From positions 123,442,001 to 123,506,000 of the forward strand of contig NC_043001.1 of the NCBI RefSeq assembly GCF_006345805.1: a DNA stretch of 64,000 nt. Reading direction: 5' to 3'. A program made the translations under genes and the position numbers. The number at the start of each line of letters is the position of its first letter. The first letter of the stretch is position 1. This stretch comes from Octopus sinensis. Taxonomy: Eukaryota. Below, one piece after another: positions 1-11,413 of the stretch. A model generated the notes under the pieces. The model was not told where the DNA came from and ran no database searches. It worked only from the letters and a program-made list of their open reading frames with translations.

Positions 1-39
1 AATTCACAATGTGCAACCGTCAATCCAGACACATTTTTT

Positions 40-200
40 CTCTATCCGTTTTTAATCTGCCCTCTTTCTGTTTCATCTCCCCATTCCTTCCTGTAGAAGA
101 GCGTAGGCTCGAAACATCAGACTCTTCCATATTTCCTGAGCCTCAAGCTAACACACCTTGCTTATTGTTCCTTCATCTGTCTCCTTCATTTTGTATAAAT
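40..200 (+). mobile_element. Short repeat (family P1) with decayed minimal hammerhead motif at 91-118
   Basis: CTGTAGAA-gagc-gtag-gctc-GAAAC-ATC. The downstream tail is homologous to 10560-10650, 25820-25905 and 61825-61912. Confidence 0.55.
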
Positions 201-306
201 TTGAAACACACGCACGCAGATATATAAAAAACATGCAACACACACGCACACACACACACAAACACATATATATATACACGTACGTATACATATTGATCTC
301 AAATTT

Positions 307-493
307 GAGTACAAGGCCAGTAAGTTCGGGAGAGTGGTGAAGTTGCCTTCATCGACCACAAAGATTAACTGATACTTATCTTATCGACCCTGAAAGGATA
401 GAAAGCAAAGTCGATCTCCGTGGAATTTGAACCCACAACGTAAAGACGGACGAAATGCCCAGAGTGCTAAGGATTCTGCCAGCTTGCCGCCTT
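307..493 (-). mobile_element. tRNA-derived SINE family A, decayed copy
   Basis: Matches 17928-18158 (atcgaccc.gaaaggat.aaag..aaagtcga...ggaatttgaac...ctgccagct.gccgcc). B-box-like GTTCAAATTCC on the minus strand. Confidence 0.75.
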
Positions 494-704
494 TGTGTAC
501 ATAAATATATTACTTACAGTTACTATCGTATCATGATATACGCTATTCGCTCTAAACAGAAAGAAATGTAAGATGATATGCATGAGTCTACCGATATCAT
601 TTTTGTACCGATCGATACACATCGAATATGAACGGTTTATTAAGAAATGGGTAGGAATATAATTAGTTTTATGTTTCACTTCGCCTACTTCATATCTCTC
701 TCCC

Positions 705-871
<167 letters not shown>

Positions 872-1219
872 CACTTTCTGTTTCTCACCCCTCTTTTTCT
901 CTACTCTTAATGCTTTTCTCTTTCCATCGAATTCTCTTTTCCTCTTTCATACTAGATTTCATTCATCTTCTGATCTTCCAAGAGATAATCGTTTATCATC
1001 AGAAGAGATATACACACAATAAGCGCGCGTACACACACACAAATACATATGCAAGCACACACATACACGCTTACGTGTGTAACACCCGTATATGCATATT
1101 TACGTATATATGTGAGTATGTACGTGTGTCTGTGTGTGTATATGTGTGGCTGTGTGTGAATGTTTGTGTGAATGTGTGTGTGAGTTTGTGGTGTGTGTGT
1201 GTGTGTGTGTGGACGCATG

Positions 1220-1259
<40 letters not shown>

Positions 1260-1331
1260 GTCTATGAAAAGACACTCACGCACGTGTTCGCACGCTTGTA
1301 CACACACAGACACTCATATATACATATATAA

Positions 1332-1417
<86 letters not shown>

Positions 1418-1468
1418 CATATATATATACATATATTCATGTATATTCACACACACATACATATGTAT

Positions 1469-1510
<42 letters not shown>

Positions 1511-1529
1511 CTCAATTTTATTAGTGGTT

Positions 1530-1860
1530 TACCACCATTTTCAATATACCATGCAGTAAAGATTATGATAAGTGTCATTTGCATTAGTTTGATAACGAAA
1601 CATACACGTAATACACTACAACAATACAGAGTATAATCAACGCAATTCTCTGGTTGCTAAACACAGAGGATTCTTTTTGTACCAGGGAGGATAGTTAATC
1701 TTCAAAATGTGACCTTCTATCTTGGCCTTTTAATGCCCAAACAATAGGTTCTCCCGGCTATAATGGCATATTATGTTAACTAACCGATTTGCGATATTGG
1801 CATCGTTCTCTGGTATATATACAAATATGTCATCTGCCCCCTTTTTTAACATTGCACTTC
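1530..1860 (-). pseudogene. Possible very old Penelope-like RT fragment
   Basis: The minus strand reads ADDIFVYIPEN...YKKNP, weakly resembling the PLE RT motifs YVDDIF and VYRKPT. Stops are present. Confidence 0.2.
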
Positions 1861-1908
1861 ATTTCAAAAGCAAAGTAAATCAGATAAGCATATCTATCTA
1901 TCTATCTG

Positions 1909-1993
<85 letters not shown>

Positions 1994-2222
1994 ATATCTA
2001 TCTATGTATCTATCTATCTATCTGTCTGTTTGACTGTCTGTCTGTCTGTCTACTTTTTATTTATTAATTGTATTAGGTATGTTTTCTTATTTTTTCTAAT
2101 TCAAAAGTGAAGAACGCGCTCATATAATTTGGATATACAGGCAAAATTATTTTTGAGTTAGATACATACATACGTAAATACATAGATACATATATAAAAG
2201 AAGAACAGGAGTGGAGCTTATA

Positions 2223-2438
2223 GGTTCACAACAGCTGTTTCAGTAGCGTTTGTTATTGTCGAATACTTTGATTCCTATGATTACATCATAAAAAACAAAA
2301 CATCTGCTCTATCCAGGCGAATTTAAATATATTTAAATCAACTCACTATACAAGGCATCGGCAAAGCGAGAATTTTTTCATAGTGTAATCGGAATATTCA
2401 CCAATAAAAAAATGTTGCTGAAACAGCTGCTGTGAATC
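2223..2438. mobile_element. Fold-back unit made of two decayed head-to-head hammerhead motifs
   Basis: 25-bp inverted termini (21/25 match), each containing GAAAC-AGCT-G(T/C)T-gtgaa. The minus copy (2225-2321) has stem I ttcgc/gtgaa and core CTGGATAGA. Central palindrome atttaaatatatttaaat. Confidence 0.55.
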
Positions 2439-2566
2439 TTTAACACTCACTTGTGTTGTTTTATGCAAACACCATAGCTGGAACAACTTCATTTTACATC
2501 TATATCTTGCATGGGAGATATGCATGTGTGTGTATGTGTGTATGTGTTGTATCTATCATCTATCTA

Positions 2567-2607
<41 letters not shown>

Positions 2608-2812
2608 CTCTCTTCTCTCTCTCTCTCTCTCTCTCTCATCTATATATAATATATATATATATATCTCTTATATATATATTATATATATAGGTTGGATGAT
2701 GCAAACAGGAAAAGTAGATAGTTTGATAGTGTTAACGCATGAAATTTTAAGCCCTTGCGTCACTCTCTTGCTTCCGCTAAATAAGTAATATATATATATA
2801 TATATATATATT

Positions 2813-2843
<31 letters not shown>

Positions 2844-3750
2844 CATATGTATATATATATATATAGAATATATATATATATATATAATATATATATCTAT
2901 ATGTATATATATGTGGGTGTGTGTATGTATGTGCGCATGTGTGTGCGTGCGTACATACGTGTGTAAGTGATTTGTATCCAGTTATACATATATTTTGATC
3001 TTGGTATTCCTTTATTTCATGTCTTGCATATTTTTCTCTGTTCTATTACAGAAACATATGTAACGGATGCAATAAAGGAATCCCAATCTAATGCCCATGC
3101 TATTACGTTCATCACTCATCTTTACCTACCTACCTACCTACCTACCTATCTAACAACATTTATTTTTGCACATGGTGTATTTAACATGAATCTATTGTAG
3201 CTCTAAATTTTTTTCATATTTTTGTAATAAATTTCCTTGCAATTTGCTTGGAACAGTAAAGTTTCTAAACAGTTTTCTCAACGAATAAACAAATAAATAA
3301 ATAAATAAATTTTCATTTTCTTATCTTTATTGTTTTCTTCCAATAATTTTCTTCACCGATATATCGCATGAATTATTTCGTTTCATTGCTTCCTATGATT
3401 ATTATCTATGACGTAAACTTTAATTCAAACTAAATACTTTCTTTTTTTTTTTGTTCAAGTTGTAATGCTTTCTGGGTTTTTTTTTTTTTTTTTTACAGTT
3501 TGTCATTTCTACTCTGCCACCACCCATTGAATCGTTATTCTCGCTGTTGTCGTGTACCGACGCTGTCGTCATCGTCGTTGTTATTATTATTATTGTGATC
3601 ATGGATATCAAGATCATCTTCGTCAATATTATCATCATGATCCTCTTTCTCACCTAGTCCACCTCTTCTTCCAGCGTCTCCGCCACTGTCTCTTCCACCG
3701 TCTCCTCTTCCTTCCCTTCTTCTCCTCCTTCTCCTCCTCGTCTTCACCCA

Positions 3751-3850
3751 CCTCTGGTTACTTCTCTCCTCCTCTGGCTCTTCCACTCCTCCTCTGGCTC
3801 TTCCTCTCCTCGTCTGGCTCTTCATCTCTTCCTCTGGCTCCTTCTCTCCC
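3751..3850. repeat. 20-bp minisatellite x5 (cctctggctcttcc.ctcct) within compound trinucleotide repeats 3530-4230
   Basis: Five consecutive 20-mers read directly, flanked by (CAC)n, (AAC)n and (CAT)n runs. Confidence 0.85.
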
Positions 3851-4936
3851 CTCCTTATCATCGTCACCAAAGTCGTGTTCATTGTTGACTTCAACGTAAA
3901 TACCATCATCATAAACAACCACCTCAACTACCACGTCACCACCACCCACCACCACCACCACCACCATCACCACCACCACCACCACCACCACCATCACCAC
4001 CACCACCACAACAACAACAACGATAACAACAACAACAACAACGACGACAACAACAATAACTGCAACAGCAACAACACCAACAACCTCACGGCTACCATCA
4101 TCATCATCATCATCATCATCATCATTGTCACAATCCCAACCGCTACCATTCCAACCCCATCATGACCATCATGATCATCATGATCATCAAGCTCATCATC
4201 GTCATTGCCTTCATCATCATCACCGAAAGCTTATCACTTTTCACCACCTTCCCTCACAAAAATCTATATTTTTCTCGAATTATATTAAGAAGAAAAAAAA
4301 ACAAAAAAAAAAGAAAGAAAGAAATCGCGCTTCAACAGCTTCATTCTAAAAAAAATGAATAAAATAAAAATTAAAATTTAAAAAAAAAGCAGATACAAAT
4401 AATGAAGATAACGAGTGTTCTTTCAATTTAAACATAAATTCTAATTGCAAAATTATATTCCATTTCTTCTTATTGTATCACTTTCCTTCTTTCTTTCTAC
4501 TGCCATCTTCTACATTTCGCCGTTGTCTTTCTTTTTTTATACATAAAAAAAAATATTCATGTTATTTTAAATATTCTCGTTAATTCTTCAGTGAATTATA
4601 ACAAGTCTGCTTACTTGACATTTTGCTATGGTATTTAAAAATGGAAAGCAGAGACAAGAAAGAAGAAATCTTTAGCATATATGTGTGTGTGTGTGTGTAT
4701 GTATTATGTATGTGTGTATCTATACGTGTATATATATACATGTTCATGTGTGTAGGTATGTATATATGTATGTATGTGTGTGCGTCTGTGTGTGTGAGTG
4801 CGTGTATGTGTGTGTGTGTGTCTGTGTTTTTATAGTCATTTTTGTACATATTTTAAAATTTCAGAAATGTTGCAATAATTTAACACATCAATTTCTAGTC
4901 TTAGAAAGCAATATTCTGAGCCAAAAAAAATAATAA

Positions 4937-4995
<59 letters not shown>

Positions 4996-5003
4996 TAATC
5001 ATA

Positions 5004-5058
<55 letters not shown>

Positions 5059-5101
5059 CAATAATGATAATGATAATGATAATAATGATAATGAAAATAA
5101 T

Positions 5102-5855
5102 AAAGGTCAGTTTGCTAGAGATGTAAACGCAAAGAAGATACAGAAGACCGGAGACTATGGATGAGGATGAGTGACCTGAAGCTATAGACAGAAGCACTTA
5201 TGTATGCAGCTCAAGAGCAAGTGTTAAGGACTAACTGAAGTGTAGAATCGACAACACTACCGACAGCGATAAATGCAGAATGTGTGGTGAGTGGGCTGAA
5301 ACGGCATGGCACATCATTAGCGAATGCCTGAAACTGGCACAACGCGAATACAAAAGACGACGTGACAATGTGGAAAAAATATCATTTGGGAGCACAGTGG
5401 AAATCACGGCCTACAAAGAGCAAAGACAAACACTGAGAATGAAAATTGCGAAATCCTGTGGGATAGAATGATTAAGTGTGATCACCTGACCAGACATCCA
5501 AAACCAGATATTGTTGTGGTGGGAAAAATACAGAAAACACATGCACGATAATCGACATAGTATGTACTGGTCACAACAGGATCAAACAGCCAGAAGAACT
5601 ATGACGATTTGAAGGAGGAAATACGAAGTTTGTGATCAATGAGGAGAGTAGACGTGGTACCAATAGTAATGGCTGAGAATGAGTGGTACAAATGTAAAGG
5701 TAGAACACCTACAAAAATCAACATTACTAGAACTTGCAAGAGTTCTTCGCAGAGTACTTGAACCATGACCAGAAAATGTGTCACATTAGTCTGCTGGCTG
5801 TGGACAGGTGACACTTTACATCATATCCAGCAAAATAAGCTGAGAGTTTTCATCT
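5102..5855 (+). mobile_element. Decayed 5'-truncated R4/Dong-clade LINE between (TAA)n arrays
   Basis: Translates in pieces to GQFARD..., EAL.YAAQEQVLRTN, CRMCGEWAETAWHIISEC (CCHC knuckle), EYKRRRDNV and PDIVV, with frameshifts and stops. Flanked by (TAA)n on both sides. Confidence 0.85.
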
Positions 5856-5880
5856 AATAATAATAATAATAATAATAATA

Positions 5881-5973
<93 letters not shown>

Positions 5974-5975
5974 TA

Positions 5976-6533
5976 CCCTGGTGGAGTACCAGGCATGGCT
6001 CTCATGGCTTCTGATCTTAACTGATTGGAAGTGTTATCATGTACATTGTTTTGTTTTTGTATAAAAGATGGGCTACAGCAAATATTCTGCTCAATACCAC
6101 AGATTTGCTTGTCAGTTGTTTGACCATAACCAGTTGAGCATGTCCCTTAGTGGCTGACGATATGTGCATCTCTGATCACGAGCAGAAGTAGTGGGGGGGC
6201 ATCATAGCCATATGTTGAGAAGAATTCTTTGGGGTCTGGATAATTCACCTTTGGAAACATGGGTGCTTCATTGAACATCGTTAAATAAGCCTTATTCACA
6301 GACCTTTTCAGCAAGATGGGCTACTCAATCTCAAAAAAATTCTAATTGGGCCCTACCTACAAGGTCATGCACTGTTCATCTTGATTCTGATATAAGGTCA
6401 CCATGTCGCGCACATACGATTGTGATGCATGTGTCTGGTGTACCCTTATCAGACGAGTAGTCATGATGGGTATACTGAGCTTCGTATATTTTACCCCATT
6501 GTCACTTTGATGGCATGCTCTGCTCTCTCACTC
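5976..6533 (+). mobile_element. Non-coding ~560-bp element inserted in (TAA)n
   Basis: Complex sequence sharply bounded by (TAA)n on both sides, ending ctctctcactc-(AAT)n. No ORF homology recognised. Strand is inferred from the tail. Confidence 0.55.
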
Positions 6534-6598
<65 letters not shown>

Positions 6599-6643
6599 AA
6601 TCCATGACTTCCACGATGGATGCTGGGTATATAGATAAAAAAT

Positions 6644-6929
6644 TATATTACCACAACAATTGTTTCATCTTCAAGATGACCTAGTAAGCAAGATTGATAG
6701 GGATTCTTCAGAACACAGCCCACAGGTCATAGAATACGTACTGTAGGGTCTTGCATATTTTATAATTGACCATGCAATCTCATATTTAATCTTATCGGAT
6801 TTCAGTTGCCATAGAAAACCCGCCTTATTATCCTACCTGAGGAGTCTCCTATCCACTGTGTGTTGCATCTGGTGATATTGCATCGTTCGACACCCACAAG
6901 GGAGATGAAACAATTGTTGTGGTAATATA
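6644..6929. mobile_element. Fold-back unit with head-to-head hammerhead motifs
   Basis: Perfect 27-bp inverted termini at 6644-6670 and 6903-6929 contain GAAAC-AATT-GTT. CTGAAGA core on the minus strand (6705-6711) and CTGAGGA on the plus strand (6837-6843). Confidence 0.75.
6827..6926 (+). ncRNA. Type I hammerhead ribozyme (long helix II)
   Basis: atta..ctac-CTGAGGA-gtctcc-[51 nt]-ggagat-GAAAC-AATT-GTT-gtgg-taat. Stem II closes with G-U instead of G-C. Confidence 0.75.
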
Positions 6930-6977
6930 AATATTTTTGTTTGTACATTCCGTCTTCTTTTTATATATCGTTAATAT

Positions 6978-7020
<43 letters not shown>

Positions 7021-7022
7021 TA

Positions 7023-7070
<48 letters not shown>

Positions 7071-7309
7071 TTAATATATATATATAACTACATGTCTATA
7101 TTTATTCATAAATATTTGAAACAGTTCCAATATATTTTGGACATACCTGACCTGCACAGAAGACGCATTCATTGCCAGTGTGTTTATCATGCGTTCTATA
7201 CAAATAAGTGTCTGTATCTATGTGATCAAATGTCTGTGCTGCACATGATTACGTTCGCTCCATCAAGGAGGTGCACTGCACAGTCTGCTTTCTCTGAAGC
7301 GTGGTAGTG

Positions 7310-7420
7310 ATCGCAGAGCAACGCGAGAAAGAGCGGTTTGCTAAAAAGTAGAACGCGCCACTCGATTCGGGAATCAAGATCACAATCTTGTGGTCGTTGG
7401 TCCCTTATCCACTGAACCAC
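7310..7420 (-). mobile_element. SINE family C tRNA-like head, decayed
   Basis: The minus strand reads gtgcgtggttcagtggataagggacc...gtgatcttgattcccgaatcg, similar to the head at 55463. Confidence 0.45.
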
Positions 7421-7680
7421 GCACATCATACATACACAGGGATACACAGACAGATTGATAGAGTGGCCGGTATATTTGTATATATAAATATATATACGAG
7501 GGAGTGGACAAACGAAAGGGACGTGTACACTACGCATATAGTAAAAATTACATGTATTATTTAAAACTGTTTGCTTCGCCACTAATCGGACTCGACTCTA
7601 TCAGCCTGAAAAAGTCTGGCTCTGGTTCGGGGACAGCAAAACTGTTTTAAATAATATATAAATACATTTGTATTCATTTA

Positions 7681-8070
7681 TTCTTTTACTCGTTTCATTT
7701 ATTTGACTGTGGCTATGCTGGAGCACCGCCTTAAGTCGAACAAATCGACCTCAGGGCTTATTCTTTATAAGCCTGGCACTTATTCTATCGGTCACTTTTT
7801 GCCGAACCGCTAAGTTACGGGGAAGTAAATACGCCAAAATCGGTTGTCAAGCGATGGTGGGGGACAAGACAGATACAAATAACAAATACACAGATAGAAA
7901 TATATAAACGACCGGCTTCTTTCAGTTTCCGTCTACCAAATTCACTCACAAGGCTTTGGTCTGTGCGAGGCTACTGTAGAAGAAACTTACCCAAGTTTTC
8001 ACGCAAGGAGACGGAACTCGAAAACATGTGGTTGGGAAGCAAGCTTACCACACAGCCAGTCCTGCGCCTA
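7681..8070 (-). mobile_element. tRNA-derived SINE family B, near full length
   Basis: Head taggcgcaggactggctgtgtggtaag..cttcccaaccacatg..gagttcc. Body ttggtagacggaaactgaaagaagc and aacttagcggttcggcaaaa..gaccgatagaataag. Tail gaaacgagtaaaagaa. Confidence 0.85.
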
Positions 8071-9117
8071 TACATATATGTGCGTATGTGTGTGTCTGTG
8101 TGTGTGTATATGTATGTATGTATGTATATATATATATATATATATTTATATATGGATTTATGTATGTACGTATTCGGTTTTTGTATGTACGCACGTGAGT
8201 GTATGCGTGTGTGTGTGTGTGTGACTCCCTTAGGCGTATGCATATGTGTATTAAGGCGTTATATAAATTCCAAAGGTTAAAGTATAAAGTAATATTTGGA
8301 ATGTGTTCATTAATCACGATATATATTTGCAAAGCAGAAGCAATAAACACCATGCACACCAAATCCTAATTTCAAAAACGGCAAAATTTTCATTTCACCT
8401 AATTATATTATAGTAAGACAAAGTATCCAATCATTGATCTTACGACTTATTGGGTTATGGGACTTGAAACATTTTTTTCTCGTGACAGAAATAATGTAGG
8501 CGCAGTTAATTTGCAAAAGATAACAATATCCAGTCCCGCATTACCATTTTGTTATAAATATATAATGAAATTTTTTCTACTTTTGCTTTCATATTTTTCT
8601 TTTATATTATTTCATATTTTTGTTTTATATTATTTTATTCTTATTAGTTTATTCGTTTATTCTATGCCATTGGGCTTACAACCAATTTCGCAAGTAATTT
8701 TTTAAAGTTTAAGCTTAATTATGTATAATGATTACAACTTCCCACGGTATAATTATTGATTACTTGTCTCTGTTGGTTCAGCGCAGGATTCTCTGAAAAA
8801 AAAAAGCAAAAAAAAACCCCCCAAAACAAGTAAAACGCAATATATGTTAAATCTCACTGCATTAATGTCTTTTCCCCTTTCGTTTTTCTCTTTTCTACAT
8901 TTAACATTCAGGATAAATTTTTAAATATATTATTTGCATCGTTGGTAGTATGCAGCATGTCGGCAGCTGCGTTACAGATTTTGAAAACAAAAACGCCTTC
9001 AACATCTTTTTCCAAGCAGTTCTAGCCTGCAATAAGTACAAGTCCATCTTTGTCTTTTATCCTTTGAGAGTATTCTTTTATTCCTCTATACCTTTCAGCT
9101 AATCACCTTTCCAATGA

Positions 9118-9345
9118 CTAATCGTATGTGATTGGCTTTTGGTGAAACGGGGAGTGCGACACTGCTGCCCTCCATTGAGTTTCCTGTTGTGATATAGCTT
9201 CATCTGAAACCTTTGGTACCAGGAGGCCGAGTTGTGTCTTGCAAAACTCTACCTCTACGCCATGAAGATTCCTCTGATATTTTGGCAAGTCTTTAAATAG
9301 CTGTGGGCCCTTGAATTCCAAACTATTGCAGTACACGGCCCTCAA
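9118..9345 (-). pseudogene. 3' end of ORF2 of a CR1/L2-like LINE
   Basis: YCNSLEFKGPQLFKDLPKYQRNLHGVEVEFCKTQLGLLVPKVSDE resembles the NSL..RGP.LFN.LP..LRNL....FK..LD..L....DEP C-terminus of these LINEs. Confidence 0.6.
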
Positions 9346-9361
9346 TTTAGACGAGATGCAG

Positions 9362-9651
9362 TTCTATATTTAAGAGATGAGGAATTATGTACATTATTTA
9401 CATTATTTACATTTGACGGATATTTGTCCTCATCTTGTTTTTTGTTAGCACATCGTTTCGGCTAATATACCCTCCAACCTTCATTAGGTCTCTTGGGGAA
9501 TTTTCGAACCTGGGTTCTCATTCCTAAGGTATTTTTCGATGTTATTATTATTATTAATGTTATTATTGTTATTCAGGTCACTGCTTGGAATCGTACTCGA
9601 AATCTTGGGGTCAGTAGCCTGCGCTCTTAACTACTACGCTATATGCTCGTG
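9362..9651 (-). mobile_element. tRNA-headed SINE carrying a minimal hammerhead ribozyme
   Basis: On the minus strand: A-box-like TAGCGTAGTAGTTAAG (9626-9641), B-box-like GAGTACGATTCC (9587-9598), an (AAT)n linker, the HHR motif at 9447-9492 and a tail (AATGTAAAT)n. Confidence 0.7.
9447..9492 (-). ncRNA. Decayed minimal type I hammerhead
   Basis: gagac-CTAATGA-a-ggttg-gagggtatat-tagcc-GAAAC-GAT-gtgct. Single substitutions from CTGATGA and GAAACGTT. Confidence 0.6.
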
Positions 9652-10484
9652 ATAGCTGGGGCATTTGGAATAGTATGGTGACGTCCAATTCGGGGGCCGG
9701 TATAGCTCCCGATACCAAAGTTTGATACTAGCCATTCCAGGATATCGATACATAAATTACGCATATAGGACGATACACCTAGGGAAGAATTTAGAGTACT
9801 GGGCCGGATGCTTGGTGTTATTTGTATCGATGCTTTGAGACCCGAGTTCAAATTTTGCCGTAGATTAAAAATTGGATCCATACGATGTGTACTGCAAGTA
9901 TATTTTAATACTGATATTACTCGTCAATTGAACGGTAAGTTTGGAAGCATGCTTTTGCTGCTTTGGCTAATATCAGGAAATCTGGCATTATTACAATAAA
10001 TATTAATGATTTTTTATCGAATTTCTTGGTAGTGATACAAAATGATGAAATGAATACTAATTTTCTAAAGAAGGCTATTTATTATATTAAAATTTAAACA
10101 AAAATCTCTCACATCTCCTCTTCCTCCTCTACTTATAATTGTTTCGCATGCTCTCACCGTTTATAAATTTGTGTAGAGTATTCTTTTACTGATTGCCTGC
10201 CACCAAGCCTTGTCGGGTTCATTCATTCTGCACCTCTCCGCCTCTATCTTTTTCTTTCTCTCTCTCCCTTTCTCTTGGTCCCTCTTCATACCTCCCTCTC
10301 GCTCTCTATCTCCACCCCCTATCTCTCTACGTATATATATACATATATATACTTACACACTCACATACATACGCACACACACCTTGGTTTTGGGATCACC
10401 AATACTTTATTATCTCCCCTTCTTCTTAGCTCTCATGTCTAACTACCTCTGTCCAGCATGCCGCCATGATTGACTGCTAGCTCC

Positions 10485-10650
10485 GAAAGATTTTTTATTC
10501 TCTCTTCGTTTATTTCATCGTGTCCCTTTCTGTTGAAGAGCAAAGGCTCGAAACGTAAAATATTTCTCACCTTCTCGAGTGTTAAACTAATGCACCTGCT
10601 TGTTTATATACTTGTCTTCGTCTTTTGTTTTTCTGTAAATTTCAACTATA
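10485..10650 (+). mobile_element. Family P1 repeat with hammerhead-like motif at 10527-10560
   Basis: ttt-CTGTTGAA-gagc-aaag-gctc-GAAAC-GTA-aaa. The tail runs into (TA)n. Confidence 0.6.
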
Positions 10651-10763
10651 TAGATATATATAAGTTCAGTAAAAATTTAGATTCAGTTGAATATGGTACT
10701 TAAGTTAAAGGCACCAGAATTTGGTATGGTGTTATCCATATAAATCAAAATGGGGTGATTATA

Positions 10764-11140
10764 ATCAAGATAAGCAACAAGAATATCCAAGGTGAGTGCA
10801 GTACAATCGTTTCATGCGACTTCATTTAATTAAACAATGCAAGTATTACATCAGTTTTAAAATATAGAGCAATTTTAGCTGCATATGGAATTTTTTAGTT
10901 AAATTGAAAAGATTCATATTCATAATTATTCCATTTATCAACATTTACCCTCTTTGTGATGTTGATAAATGGAATAAGTATAAATATGAATCTTTTCAAT
11001 TTAACTAAAAAAATTCCATATGCAGCTGAAGATTGTTCTATATTTTAAAACTGATGTAATACTTGTATTGTTTAATTAAATGAAGTCGCATGAAACGATT
11101 GTACTGCACTACCTTTGAATATCCTTGTGCTTATTTTGAG
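10764..11140. mobile_element. 377-bp fold-back element (arms ~180 bp, 14-nt spacer) containing head-to-head hammerhead motifs
   Basis: Arms 10764-10944 and 10959-11140 are ~90% reverse complementary. HHR motifs at 10797-10883 (-) and 11021-11108 (+). Confidence 0.85.
11021..11108 (+). ncRNA. Type I hammerhead ribozyme candidate
   Basis: tgcag-CTGAAGA-[59 nt]-GAAAC-GATT-GTA-ctgca. Perfect 5-bp stem I and canonical core, but weak helix II. Confidence 0.6.
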
Positions 11141-11143
11141 TAT

Positions 11144-11193
<50 letters not shown>

Positions 11194-11413
11194 TATATAT
11201 ATATATATATATATACAGCTTCTGAGCGATTGCAGTCCCAATAAGCATATATGTATACAATAAATTTTCCTACACCATTAGATCATTTTAGCCCTTATTT
11301 CTAGCAATGTAGGTGTTCTGATGCTCTTTGTCTCATTCAGTGACAATTCTATTTTCCTTCATGGTAACGCATTGCGCATAGATGTTTATATTATATATAT
11401 TTATATATATATG

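Noticed and set aside
940-1010. Minus-strand CTGATGA...GAAAT-CTAG
   Set aside because: Helix II and the cleavage triplet cannot be assigned convincingly.
2970-3090. Small inverted repeat with GAAAC-ATAT-GTA
   Set aside because: The 5' catalytic core was not found.
10764-11140. Interpretation as a Tc1/mariner MITE (TA at both ends)
   Set aside because: TA is uninformative next to (TA)n. The arms contain an ordered hammerhead motif and share no TIR with the adjacent Tc1 at 11414.
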